Positions 11,135 through 24,735 of a stretch of 64,000 bases of DNA are shown here, piece after piece (position 1 is the first letter of the stretch; every line of letters starts with the position of its first letter). The stretch lies in assembly GCF_001194135.2 (NCBI RefSeq), contig NC_068985.1:86327456-86391455 (forward strand), written 5' to 3'. The position numbers and the translations under genes are program-made. The DNA is from Octopus bimaculoides (taxonomy: Eukaryota). The notes under the pieces were generated by a model. The model saw nothing but the letters and a program-made list of their open reading frames with translations. It was not told the origin of the DNA and ran no database searches.

Positions 11135-12430
11135 AAAAAAAACAGTTTAAAACTGAATACCAAAGAAACCAATTAGATAGTAGTGCAGTTGGAATGTAGT
11201 TATGATTTGAGAAGTTGTTAGACTGGATATAGACAACTATATTATCCATGTAGTTGTAATGGTTGTAAAAACTACAATAAAAAATCTCGTGTTACCCAAG
11301 CTTGAAAACAACAGCTGTTACCAAGGCACTTTGTACCATAAAGTGTTAACTAATAAACGATGCAATTATCTCTCCTGTTTTAAATGCAAAACAAATAATT
11401 TTTATTCATTACCCCCACCAAAAAAAAAAAAAAATAACAAGCTCACAAAATAATGTTATAAATGATACCAGTTGAGAATCATCATCTGTTTGTTTAAATG
11501 TTCTTTGCACAAATAATTTGAAATTGAGACGAATGATAGCAGGTCCATCTTAGGAAACCCATCAATTTGGTATATGTCTAGATATAAAAGAGAAACTGTA
11601 TTTGAAAGCAATCCAGTGCTGTATTGGAGATGTGAAATTAACCTTTCATGTACAGCAAATGTAGAAACCACAAGAGTTTCAACTGGTGTGGCTAACCTGT
11701 ATAAAAATATACTGCATAAATATGGAATAGAAGCAATGCATTGTTTGGTTTAAGAAATGCTCCATGAAATCTAAGGAAAAGAATTTATAATTGAAGGATT
11801 TCAATTTATTCTCAAAAAAAAAAAAATCACATATTTTTACTCAACAATATACAACAAAAATCTGGACCAGCATCATCAATGCGAACAAATGTAGCCACAA
11901 GATATGCAGGTTTAATAATGGAACAGCAATAACGACCAATTTATCCTCAACATAAGCAAATTTGATAATAGGTTGTCTTGAGTTAGAAATATATGAAAGA
12001 TCTAAAAACACTTATTATTTGAAAGAAGATTGGTTAGAATATTTATAAGATTGTTTTACTGTGTAAATAAAAGTTTAGATAAACTTTCCAATTTTAAAAT
12101 ACTCATAAATTGTATTCTGTATCTTATGATGTGTAGCAATTCTAAATTACTCATTGTAGGTCTACTTGCTATAGAAAACTTGAATAGGATCGATACAAAT
12201 GTATATCATAAACCAACAGATTTAAAGTAATATTTACTTTTTGCTTCATATGATCCCAAACACATCAATATTCCATCAATATTTCATTCAATCTTTCTAG
12301 AAGAATATGAAACATTGTATGAATGCTAAGTCCCTGAAAGAAAAGAATAAACGAAGTAAAAACTATTTTCAATGAAAGATGCTATTCACTGTCAGCAGGT
12401 GACAATGGATTGGATTAGAGAAGGAGACAG
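11135..12430 (+). mobile_element. Degenerate Penelope-like reverse transcriptase fragment
   Basis: Decayed PLE RT motifs occur in the correct order: FKCKTNNFYSLP, STGVANLYKNILHKYGIEA (about 11680-11735), MRTNVATRYAGLIM (about 11879-11920), IDTNVYHKPTD (about 12189-12221). Many stops and frameshifts. Confidence 0.75.
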
Positions 12431-13129
12431 ACTTAAATGCCATCAGTGATTTATGATATTTTTCAAAATGTGTAAAATGCAAAGCAAAACAAATGTCTTA
12501 CATCCCATAAGCCTTTTTGTGGCACCAACACTAGAGAGGTTGCCATATTCATTAATCCATCCAATGACGGCACTCTTTAACAGCTTTCCATCATGTGATA
12601 GCACAAAAACAAGGGAAGTGTTCTATAGAAAAGAAATTTAAAAGAAACGCAATAAAAATGTGTAGACAAAGGAAAAGGAGGGAAAACGAGAGACAGTACA
12701 ATTAGAGATGGATGAGAGAAGTACAAGTGTAAGCGGAGGGAGCAGTCATAAACATAGGACATGGGCATTTGATGAGTGTGTGCGTGTATGTGCATGTATG
12801 TGTTCATGTTGTGTGCATGTATGTACATGCATGCGTCTGTGTATATATGCATATGTACATGTGTATATGTAGGTGTTTGTTTTCCATAGGCCTTTATATT
12901 GCCATTGCATTAACGATGGTGCACATCTCTTCTAAGTCACATTGTTTGGTGGTTTCATTGGTTCTGTGTGAAAACCATTCCCCCCTTATTCCTCCTCCCC
13001 CTCTTCTCACTCCACCAAAAACTGCAGCACACACCACCTCGCCAGCACAAAAGTACAGTAATAGAAAGTTGCTTGAAACTATTAGATAGCAAAAAAATAA
13101 TAGTGGTGATGATGTTGGTGATGAATGTT

Positions 13130-14350
13130 CCCTTACCTCAGTTTATGAGAAACAGTATTTTCCATAGAAACTCTGGTTGTAACATTAAAAATGAGGCTGG
13201 ACCTTTAAGGAAAGGCCACTCACATAGATGTAAACACTTTTGGTAGAGTAGGGTATGTGTAAAGTGAGTGAGCAGAGATTAGTTGATCAAGCTAATGCTA
13301 TTTGGAGAGGAAAGTGGATGACAGAATTGGAGGTAGAAGAGATCACAAGAGAACTGGAAAAGATAGACCAAGCAGCAGGAAAGTAGGAAAGACAAACAAC
13401 AACATAAGAAATACAGTTCAAACCAAAGAAGAACCTAAACGGAAAAATAATGATAGTGCTACCAATAAGGAAGGGACAAATGGCATGAGTGACTTAAGAG
13501 ATTTAAGTGAAGAAGATTAGAAGATTTTAGATGAGTAAAGAAGTAAGAAAAAGATTACCAACATTAAAAGGTACCAACAGAAGGAATCTGCTAGATTTGA
13601 CTAGAGAAGTAGATTCTGTTAGCAGTAGGATTGATTCTAAAAATATAGGAGACACTAATTCATTGATGTATGCAGGAGGGGCAGTAGTTACTAGAAGATA
13701 AAAAATTCCACAGGGAAAGATTAAAAAGAGCAAATGTGGAAAAGGAGATTACAAAATAAAGTGGAAACTTTAAGACAAGATCTGACTAGAAGAGAAGCCT
13801 GGAAATTGAACAAATTAGGAAACACAAGATGCAAATCTTCACTTGAGAAAGGATACTTAGTGAAAAAGAAAGGACTTGGGACAGTCATAGAAAAGTTGAA
13901 ACAGTTTATCATAGAAGTAGCAAGCAAGCTTTTCGGATATCAGCAAAGACTAGATCAGAATCCGCAGAATAAATTACTTGAGATAGACCAGAGGAGATTT
14001 TATAACCAAATAATTAGTGGAGAAGAAAGTACTTAAGATGAGAAACCTAAGGCAAAAGAGGCTAGAAAGTTCTGGGGGTAATATCTGGGATAAGTCAGTC
14101 AATCATAATGGAGATGCAGGATGGTTAAAGAAATTAATTGAATTATAGAGACTATGGAAAGTGCAGGTAAAATGTATCCCAGTAGTTGTAGTTGTATTAG
14201 GAACTATCCCTAAAGATCTGAACAGGTGGATAGTGGAAACAGGCATAAAACCCAGTTTAGTACAGCTGCAGAAAACAGTGTTATTAGGGACAGCTAGGAT
14301 ACTTAGGAGGATTCTTGGCATCTAAGGTTAGTTGCTGTAACCTGATGTTA
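13130..14350 (+). mobile_element. Internally deleted Dong/R4-type LINE (N-terminal region joined to REL C-terminus)
   Basis: SEQRLVDQANAI, WKRRLQNKVETLRQDL..QNKLLEIDQRRFYNQI and ARKFWGNIWDKSVNHNGDAGWLK, then from about 14140 IPVVVVVLGTIPK..LQKTVLLGTARILRRILGI* (stop 14323-14325). Confidence 0.85.
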
Positions 14351-14470
14351 GGAAATTTTCTTTTCCAACAGTTGGCCTCAGTGGAATTTCAACTCAGAAC
14401 ATAAAGATGGATGGAATCCCACTAAGAATTTTGCCTGGCATGTTAACAATTCAGTCTGCTTGCCACTTTG

Positions 14471-14531
<61 letters not shown>

Positions 14532-14547
14532 TAATAATAATAATAAT

Positions 14548-14778
14548 TTGATCGCAGAACAATTTAATGCATTGATCAATGGAAAAATGAAATCCTGGGC
14601 TGGTTGACAAAAAGACAAACGGTGTTGTGTCTGAAGGATACATCAAAGGGAAATGCTGCTGAAAATTACAAACCAATTCCTTGCCTCCCGTTAATGTGGA
14701 AGTTACTGTCAGGAGGAATTGCAGAAGAACTGTACACATTTCTTGATGAGAATAATATATTACCACCAGAACGAAAAG
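14548..14778 (+). mobile_element. Dong/R4-type RT N-terminal fragment starting directly after a (TAA)n array
   Basis: WLTKRQTVLCLKDTSKGNAAENYKPIPCLPLMWKLLSGGIAEELYTFLDENNILPPERK; the array is at 14471-14547. Confidence 0.85.
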
Positions 14779-15114
14779 TATAAGTAGCTAGGGTAAATCT
14801 CAGCTGTTTCCCCTTGATCCACATCTACTTATTCTTACAATTCAATATGTAGTCTCAGTTACTGCTGTATATTAGTTCAGAATACATATTGCAGTTGAGA
14901 ATTGTGAAAATAATATTTGCAGTGCAACTGTATAAAAGAATAGGCAATTGGGATCTTTTTCTTTTGGTATTATTTATTCACCATTACACATGTTTCATTT
15001 GCTAGTGGGAATTACAAACTTTTACATGTTGGATTGACATTTAAGGAATTTCCTATTAGAAGTGGAGAAATGGTGATAAGTGTTGCCAAAAGAATTTCTA
15101 ATTGCCTGTTTTGT

Positions 15115-15145
<31 letters not shown>

Positions 15146-15231
15146 TTATGCATGTGTAAAGATGTATATTTATTTGTTGTGTGTATATACATAGATATAA
15201 ATATATATATAAATATAAATGTGTGTGTACA

Positions 15232-15277
<46 letters not shown>

Positions 15278-15496
15278 ATTCTCATAAACCCGCACGCACA
15301 TTGGTTTTGTCCCCCTCAACAGTCACCTATCTTCACTTGCTCCAGTTTGCCTGACTTAACTAAAAATCAGTGTTCATTCCTAATTCTCGGTTGAACGGTT
15401 AGTAGTAGAAAGAGCACTCAGCTGTAAAACAGTTGTTCCAACAATAAACATTCTCACCTACAGAAAGATAGAAGGAAAACTGCAAAAAAACAATGG

Positions 15497-15534
<38 letters not shown>

Positions 15535-15904
15535 GTCTATCTATCTATCCATCTCTCCTCTCCTCTCTCTGTTTCTATCCATCCATCTCTCNNNNNNNNN
15601 NNNNNNNNNNNNNNNNNNNNNNNNNNNNNNNNNNNNNNNNNNNNNNNNNNNNNNNNNNNNNNNNNNNNNNNNNNNNNNNNNNNNNNNNNNNNNNNNNNNN
15701 NNNNNNNNNNNNNNNNNNNNNNNNNNNNNNNNNNNNNNNNNNNNNNNNNNNNNNNNNNNNNNNNNNNNNNNNNNNNNNNNNNNNNNNNNNNNNNNNNNNN
15801 NNNNNNNNNNNNNNNNNNNNNNNNNNNNNNNNNNNNNNNNNNNNNNNNNNNNNNNNNNNNNNNNNNNNNNNNNNNNNNNNNNNNNNNNNNNNNNNNNNNN
15901 NNNN

Positions 15905-15952
<48 letters not shown>

Positions 15953-16120
15953 GTCTGTCTGTCTGTCTTTCGGTCTGTCTGTCTGTCTGTCTGTTATATA
16001 CATACATTCATACATACATAAATATCTCTATATCTCTCTATATGTATATATATGTATGTATATACACATATATTACATATATAAGCATATGCATACACAT
16101 ACATAAATATACATAGATAC

Positions 16121-16155
<35 letters not shown>

Positions 16156-16943
16156 CGTGCATACATATATACACACACATTCAAATGCTATATTATGTAT
16201 TTAGTTTGGTAAATACAGAAGACATACTTTTTTCAGACAGAATTGGTAAATGAAGACTAGATTGACAACAGCTGAAAACAAAAGTAAATACATTTGTTTT
16301 GTTTTTTTGTTATCTTTGTTGTATCTTATTTCATTGATTGTTTTGGCTTTAATTCAACAAACACGACCAGTATTTAATCCAAGTCTAAATTATTCATTAA
16401 TATATAATTTCATGTCATCCCAAACTATTGTCAGGAATCAAATATATGTGTGTGTGTGTGTGTGTGTGTAAGAAATCGTTTGTAATGGTGGAAATTGAAG
16501 TGGATATTACTATAAACACTTCTTTTGGCCCAAATCTGAAATTCAAGGGGAGATTGTTAGTTGATTGCATCGACCCCCCCCCCCNNNNNNNNNNTCGAGT
16601 GGTACTTTTTTTTATTGATTCTGAAAGGCAAAGTCGACCTTGGTGGAATTTGAACTGCTGTTAAGTCTTTTGTTGCCCAGCATGCTAATGGTTCTGCCAC
16701 CTCGCTGCTTCTTGCTTTATAAAGAATAATGTGTAGAATATTGGGTTAAGAACCTCTTGGATGGAAAATTGTTAAGGGCTGCCTGAGGAACTTGCATCTC
16801 CATCATTTGTGAAGATGGTAGATGTTCTACCATTGCACCAAAGCAACCCTTTGGATTTTCACCATCCCCTTTGAGAAGATTTATTATTATCAGAATACAC
16901 AAATACACAGACATGGACACACAAGGACATACATACACAAACA

Positions 16944-16988
<45 letters not shown>

Positions 16989-18494
16989 ACACATGCATAC
17001 ACACTAAACTACTCTTCTCAGTTCCATCTGTCTCACCTCTACATTGAAGCTGTCACTCACCCAAATCGCATCCGTTTGTCTTCAAAGACTGAAAGAGATT
17101 GATATACAAGAGGATGGAATGACCACAACTGGAATGCCTTTGATTAGAAATCTAGGAGATGAGAGCAGATGTGCATTTAAACAACAACAATACTGACATT
17201 TTTCTCTCTGACTTTCAAACCAACTGTGGAATTGGTCCCAATGTGAATCCTTCATTTCTTTCAGACAATGTATTCAAAATTTAATGTTTGTCTTCCAAAA
17301 CTTAATTTTTTCAAGTTTTTCTTTTTCTATTGGGATCTCTTCTCTAGAATATGACATTACTGTGTTCCATCCCACCAAAAACAACAGAATCCCTGCTTCT
17401 GGCCAACTACTTCATTTCTGAAATCCCAATAATGTCCTAAACTGTGTTAAACAATTACTTCTTTGCTAAATCCTCTTTCTGTTATTTATCAATGACAAAC
17501 AGCATGTTTGCCATAGGGCCAAAAACTACCTGTGTTTGTCATTCTCCATGAACAAGCAGTTGTCTTTTGGTCATATCTGACATAAAGGCCTGTTAGTTAA
17601 ATTACATGACCATAAACCAATCCATCATTAGGAGAAGTATCTTGTCATACTGTTCCATTGCAAAATATATAATTGAGATTCTGTACAGCTCGAGTCAACC
17701 TTGGTGTAGCTTGAGGTATAATTATATTTACCATATTCTGTCTTCTTGCTGCCAATTCTAATTCAATTTTCTGCTGTGAATAATAAGCACAGCTTGTTAT
17801 CTTAATGGTCTCATCAATAAATGTTATTTACACAAAACATGTCACAACAGATCTGTATTGCAACCCTCAACAAAATGCTTGATAACATCCTTGAATGTAG
17901 GAGAATACAACAGTATAATACAACTACACAAAAACACAATCATTACACATTAAAGAAGCAGCACATAGGAACGACGTACATTTAATGCCCTTAATTAATG
18001 CCTTAATTAAAGCTCTCAATGTCTCTACAGTTATAATCTTAGACAATCTTCCATGGGCTTTGTTTCGTCTTTAAGGTCGGAAAATACTTTAACTTTTCTT
18101 AGTTGTTCTCTCTTCAAATATAAATTAAGATTCACTTTGGAATTCAGTTTCAGATATTTAGGAAATGGTTTCAACTACTCACACAAGTATCCTTGACAAC
18201 TTCCAAAAGAATGACATCCAGAAATGAGCAGAGACTGACTCATCAGAACATTACAGCCATTAGGGCCTGTCGTCTTTCTCTTCTTACCCTCAGGAGCTCA
18301 GATCATGTGAATTAAATAAATGTATCCCTGTTGATAACAGACATTCACCAGGTACACCTGTCTCTTCTCTTTTCATCAACCCTGATGTCTCTTATTTCAC
18401 AGATCCTGCTCTAATCCTTTTTCTCAATAACCCCATCCAAGGACCTTAATCAACTGGAATTTTTGCCTCATCCACATTGTCCCTGTTGACATCA

Positions 18495-18720
18495 ATTATC
18501 ATCATCATCATCATCATCATCATTTAATGTCCGTTGTCCATCCTGGCATGGGTTGGACGGTTTGACTGGGGCTGGTAAGCCGGAAGGCTGCACCAGACTC
18601 CAGTCTGATTTGGCATGGTTTCTACAGCTGGACGCCCTTCCTAACATCAACCACTCCAAGAGTGTAGTGGGTGCTTTCACGTGCCACTGGCATGGGTGCC
18701 ATTTGCATGACACCAGTATC
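18495..18720 (-). mobile_element. Retroelement 3'-tail repeat ending in GGACATTAAA(TGA)n (RTE-tail-like)
   Basis: Homologous copies at about 24930-25070, 30940-31220, 41660-41760, 43380-43580 and 57795-57975, all ending in (GAT)n-type tails. RTE affiliation is inferred. Confidence 0.65.
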
Positions 18721-19398
18721 TTCCATGACTGTGATTTTACTCTGAATGATGGGTCTTCTTCTCAAGCACGACATAAGGATCTCTAAATATCAAAAGTAGT
18801 AAATTTACAAATTAAGAAGACACTGCTTGTGTCACGGGAACCAATCCACTCACCTCCTGTCAATCATAAAAAAAAAAATGAGCAGATATTTTGAGAAAAG
18901 GGCAACAAGAATTATTGTTATAAAGATGGGGGTGATGAGAGTGCAGAATCCTTAGTGAGTTAGACGATATATTTTATATTTGCTCCAACTCTTTTACATT
19001 CGCAGTTCAAAACTATTGATCTCACTTTTGCCTTTCATTTCTTTGGAGTTGATAAAATCAATCGAATTGGTTAGGGTTAGGGTTAGAAATAATAAGGACG
19101 ATGGGTTGAAAGAATTGTCTGACAAAAATGCAATGAAAAAATTTTTTCCTGTTATTTATGTTGAATCCTGGGGTTAAACAGAAACAGCAACCCTAGTTGA
19201 ACAGACTTGTGATCAAAGGCATTCTAGCCACGACCATCCTGCTTGTTTATGGCCAAGTAGGACTCTGTTATCTCATTGTCTTTTCCTTTATGAAAGATGG
19301 TGATTCGGAAGAAATTTGGTTGCTTTTTTTTTTTCTGAACAGATTGAGCAATTACTTTGAAGTTCCCATCATTGGCTCACTATGCACTCCTTAGCAGA

Positions 19399-19596
19399 AA
19401 GAAGAAGAAGAAGAAGAAGAAGAAGAAGAAGAAGAAGAAGAAGAAGAAGAAGAAGAAGAAGAAGAAGAAGAAGAAGAAGAAGAAGAAGAAGAAGAAGAAG
19501 AAGAAGAAGAAGAAGAAGAAGAAGAAGAAGAAGAAGAAGAAGAAGAAGAAGAAGAAGAAGAAGAAGAAGAAGAAGAAGAAGAAGAAGAAGAAGAAG
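19399..19596 (+). repeat. Perfect (AAG)66 microsatellite
   Basis: 198 bp of uninterrupted AAG, followed by (CAG)n. Confidence 0.97.
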
Positions 19597-21533
19597 CAGC
19601 AGCAGCTGTTGTCATAGCAGAGAGGCAGTGTTAAGAAAGAACCAATCTTGATCTCCCAATTATAGAAACAGTGATTCATTCCTTCGCAATCAATTTTGAA
19701 AGTGAATAAGAATCCTGATAAGTGCAGTTTGCTGGTGTAAGCCAGTTCTAACTGGTTTGCTGGTTTGTGCTGTGGAGATAAAATATTTATATTACAAAAG
19801 CCTGAGATAATTTGATGTCTTTCGAGAAAGAGAAATATTTGTGTCACATGGCACCTTGAAAGCTTGGAGTGAGTTCCATCAGGCTATGAGGGGTCGTCTT
19901 GTAATTAGAGATAAATAAAAGAGAAAATACAGAAAGGCTTCACCGTAATACAACAAGAATATATAGAGTCCGTAGAGAAGAAACTCTCACACATTTTACT
20001 GCCTTGACAAAAATAAGCAAACATTGGATGACAGAGCGTTGGCTGTATTATGTCTGAAGAGGAGGTGAGATGGTCATGGTAGGAAGGTACTTCGTTACAG
20101 GTCTGTTGGACCAACGTTGAGCTGGGATTAAACAACAACTGTAACACTACAACCATGATGATGATGCTGATATCACTGTCACCACCATGAATGCTGCTGC
20201 TGCTGACAATTATGACAATGACAACAACAACAATGACAATGATGACAACGATAACAATGACGATGAAGACGACTACCCCCACCACAGTCACAACCACTGC
20301 CACCACCACCACCACCACCACCACCACCACCACCAAACACCAACACCAGCAACACCACCACCATCATACCACTGCCATCGCACTACTGCGTGTATTCATG
20401 TTTCCAGTTCCCCTCACTTTGGAGTTGTTATTTGTCTCTTAAAATCAAATTTGCTGGTGGAGAGTTGAAGCTGGTGGTTTTTGGTGATTGGTTAGTGACT
20501 ATCGAGATACATACCCATAAGATTTTAGCTCGATGGCTGACATCTACCCAGCTTGTTCTAAATTTTAATGAATGCCATATTAGTCAGTGAAATCATGTTA
20601 CCATGAGAGAAGTCATTAATGATTGATCAATCAAATAAAAACCTGCTTTCAGTTTTGTATTTGATCAATGATGTGACGCTGTCTGCTAATAAGGTATTGT
20701 TTCTATGATTCTATAATTTGGCAAAGAGTACGATGCTGTGGTGGAAAGTTTTTGGCAAACCTAATTTGTCAGCTGAATTTCATTTGTAACATGCGCCGTG
20801 TCTTTCCGTATGACCTGTTTCCCTTCCCCCCCACATCAGGGAAAGAAATGAAAGCCACAGTGTTTTCAAATTATTCATTATAGGCTTTAATTTCAGTGTA
20901 GTTGTATTAATGAAGCTGTCTTGCAAACACATTGGTTCTAGGTTCAAACTCATTGGGTGGCACCTTGGACAAGTATCTTCTACCATAGTCTTAGGCGAAG
21001 AGATGAAAGGGAATGAAATACAGTTGATAGAAATTGGGTGGTACTCTACTAGACAAATTCTCTCTATATTCTGTAGCCTGATATAATGGCATCGTTTGAT
21101 TCTCAACTAGCTTTAATGGAATCCATTCTGGTGCATGCATAAACACCAGGTTTCCACTCTGAAGATAATTCAAAATGTTAGTACCCTGCTTCCAAATGAA
21201 AACATGTGACCTAATGGTTACAGAATTACCTTGTAGACTCATAAGATCATAGATTTCATTTCTGGTCCATGGGCAACACTTTATTTCACCTTGTTCCAGT
21301 TTACTTGGCTTGAAACAAGTAATGGTGCTCATATCAACTCTTTTCTCTCACACATTAAATGTTTTTGTTTTTTTTGGTGTGGGGTCAAAGAATGAGAAGG
21401 TTGAAAAGGGGCCTACATCTGCTCATGGCTACTTACAAGCTTGTCATAAATATACATTATACTTTCTTTTTTTTTACTTTCAACTATAATAATTTATAAA
21501 TCAGGATTCCTCTCTCTTCCCTTACCACCCCAG

Positions 21534-21621
21534 TTTCAGAGAACCTGCACAAAATATCGTGGACAAGACATTGGCCTTCCGCTTCTCACTCACCTATAGA
21601 GATGACATCTGAGACAGAAAA
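21534..21621 (+). CDS. Possible internal coding exon (phase 1 to phase 2)
   Basis: Pyrimidine tract with CAG acceptor, AA|GTGAGC donor, and one frame open throughout (SENLHKISWTRHWPSASHSPIEMTSETE). Phase-compatible with 33075. No homology recognised. Confidence 0.3.
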
Positions 21622-22247
21622 GTGAGCAATATGTCCACTGATTGCTATTCAAAGCATGTAGCTATCACAGGCTTTCCCAATGTCTTATTTATCTTCTTTT
21701 ATAATCCTGATACATAATACCAACTTATGAAACCATAATTCTATAATTCTATAATTCCATAATTCTATAAATTGGTATCAGGTATTTCTATCAGGTTTGG
21801 GATTAATCTGTTCTCAATCCTAATAAGTTCTGGAAATCTATATAATTGCATAACCTTTTGCAGTAGACTAGCAATTAATTTAAGCAGAGATGTATAGAGG
21901 AGATAATTAATTTTTTCACACAATGTCCTACAGTTCAAAGCGTTTTCCTTTTATTTCTCTTTATTAATTTCATTTGTTGTTGTTGCTACTCTTGTACAGT
22001 TCTTTTCATATTACAAGTAAAGACAGAAATTATGCATTTTCGCAATAATTACTATGGTTTTTCTTTATGTTATTATATTTAATATGTAATATTAAATATC
22101 AGAAATTAGAATGTTTAGCTTGATGTTGCAATAATTGTTACTATCAGACAGATATCATTTTTTTGAGCAATTCTGTTCCCAATTGGCGTATGTTATAGAA
22201 ACCGCTTCCATTAAACACACACAAGTATATGTATATATGTATGAATG

Positions 22248-22284
<37 letters not shown>

Positions 22285-22296
22285 ATATATATTTAT

Positions 22297-22337
<41 letters not shown>

Positions 22338-23513
22338 TATATGTATGTATGTGTGTATGTATGTATGTATATAAACACACATGTATATCAAAGGAACAGA
22401 TACTAATATGAGATAAAGGTGCAAGCTTGTATTATAATTAGTTTACTCACACAAAATTCTTTTCAGCAGAAGTTGTGCATTTTCCTGTACATATTTACCG
22501 ATGTGCATATATATATATATATATATGCGTATATATATGCTTAGGGAGCCTATCACAAAATAATACTAAAATATCTAAAATTGAAATGACTGGGGATATT
22601 TTTGTTGTTGTTGTTGATGTTGCAATGTTTGTTGCAATGTTTGTTGCTATATTTCCCCACTCTACCATATTTTATTTATTTATCTTTATTTTATTATTAT
22701 TATTATTATTATTTTTTTTTTCCATCTTTAGCTGCTTTTCTATAGTTTCTAAAGTACAGTGATGTTGTTTATGGATTGTCTAATATGTCTAATGGAACAT
22801 AACTAGAAACATAAATAATATAACATGGTCAGTGAATCTGACATTTACATTAATCTTAAAAGAAATCTAAATAGTCAGACCTGCTGAAAGAGTAGCTTGA
22901 TTGATGCCTATATGTTTATCGCCCAACTATATCGTGCGTTCTACTTTCTGAACAAATATAAACGCACAATAAATCAATCTGTAGATACATACATATATAT
23001 ACTGATATACACATATATATATATATATATATATACACTGCTATATATATATACACACACACATACATTGATATATATATACATATATATAAACATATAT
23101 ATACATATACAAATACGTAAATACACACACACACATATTTCTGTCTTTAATTCATATATTTTTATTGTTTATTTGTTGATTTGATGTTGTTTTGGGTTTT
23201 TTGCATGTGGTGGAAGTTGTCTCTTAATTTTTATTTATTTATGTATTAATTTATTTACATTTGGATTTCTTGCTTTGCAGTAACAAATTTTTCTACCATT
23301 TCTCTTTCAATTGCATGGTTCCATTTGCTGGCTGGAACAGGCTTGATTTTTTTGTTTTTTGTTTTTCTTTGAAGACTTTCTGCTACTTTATCTTTTCCTG
23401 GCTTTCCTCCCTCTTCCTCTCCACCCCACAAGGCCTATGAAACCCGGGGAATTACAAGAATGAACAGAAGGAAAACCATCAAGAATAAATGAGGCTGTTG
23501 AGAAAGCACCAAG

Positions 23514-23636
23514 ATGGCTCTGGCTGAAAAGGGGGTGATCTGTAGGGTCAGTAGGGGTCAGCAGGGGTCAGTAGAATGTCAGTTGGATACAGGCCAAGGC
23601 TTGATCAATTTTTGTGTGGTTGACATGCCTGAGAAG
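23514..23636 (+). CDS. Possible first coding exon (41 codons)
   Basis: Strong-context AAGATGG start, upstream in-frame stop, MALAEKGVICRVSRGQQGSVECQLDTGQGLINFCVVDMPEK, then AAG|GTATAT donor. Could be chance. Confidence 0.22.
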
Positions 23637-24666
23637 GTATATTGTGAGGCCCAAAACAAACAGTGACCCCAGAATAAAATATTGATGAAGTGTCCAAGAT
23701 CTGCGTGTGTAGATATAAGTCAAACTCAAATTTGTATATATATCAATATATATATATACATATATTTTGGTGCAAATGGTTTTACAATCTTGTAAATGAT
23801 AATAATTGTATTTATATATGCCTAAAGCTTATAGTGATCACCATGCAATGACTATGAAAAATAGTTTAATAACGGGGCATATAAGCCCTAACAGGGAAAA
23901 GCAGGTTTTCCAATCTGTGTGGGACTTGAACCCACATCCCTTCATTAACGTGACTAAGTGTGTTACAATTACACCAGTGAATTAGTCTCTCTGTTTCTGT
24001 CAAATATATACACATACACAGAGAGAGAGAGAAAAAGTGTGGGTGGGGTATCTACAAAGTTCATGTGCAATTTAAAATACTTGTAGCTTTGTATCTAGGC
24101 ATGATAAAACTAATCTGTAAAAAGGAATAAGAAAGAGCAAGTATTTAAATTTATTATTTGGATTGTTAATTTTCAACATGTCCACCTTTGTTATGTATAC
24201 AAACAGTTATATGATTCTGTGGGGTTTGGAAAACATTTTGCAGCTGATTTACATTAATACCATCAATCACATCAATTATCCTAACTTACAAGTCCTCTAA
24301 AATATCAAAATTTAGTTGGATAGACATTACTTTTCTTTACTGTAACAAGTTCTAAAACTTCCTTGGATAGTGATGGTAGATTTTAGCTCAGCCAAAGAAT
24401 GCAGTTTACTTTCTCTTCCATGAAGCCATGGGTTAACAGCAACTCTGCAAAAAAAAAAAAGTCAATTTATTGGTTTTAGGAAATAAATGAAACAAAAATA
24501 GGCAAAATAAATAATGGATAAATTTTGCAAAGACAAGAAGAAAAAAAAACTAGACACTTTGGGCTTTCTGAGCATTTTTTGCAAATTCATTCCATCAAAT
24601 ATGGATACCATCTGTATATACATACATAAATATATACACACAAACATATACATACATACACACCCA

Positions 24667-24735
<69 letters not shown>

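Noticed and set aside
11456-11697. Minus-strand exon-like ORF with a good acceptor
   Set aside because: It is the antisense frame of the Penelope RT fragment, whose plus-strand motifs explain the region.
17352-17790. Short exon-like segments (plus YDITVFHPTKNNRIP..; minus QKIELELAARRQNM)
   Set aside because: Too short, conflicting strands and frames, no homology recognised.
19069-19086. (TTAGGG)n interstitial telomere-like motif
   Set aside because: Under three units; not distinguishable from chance or a repeat fragment.
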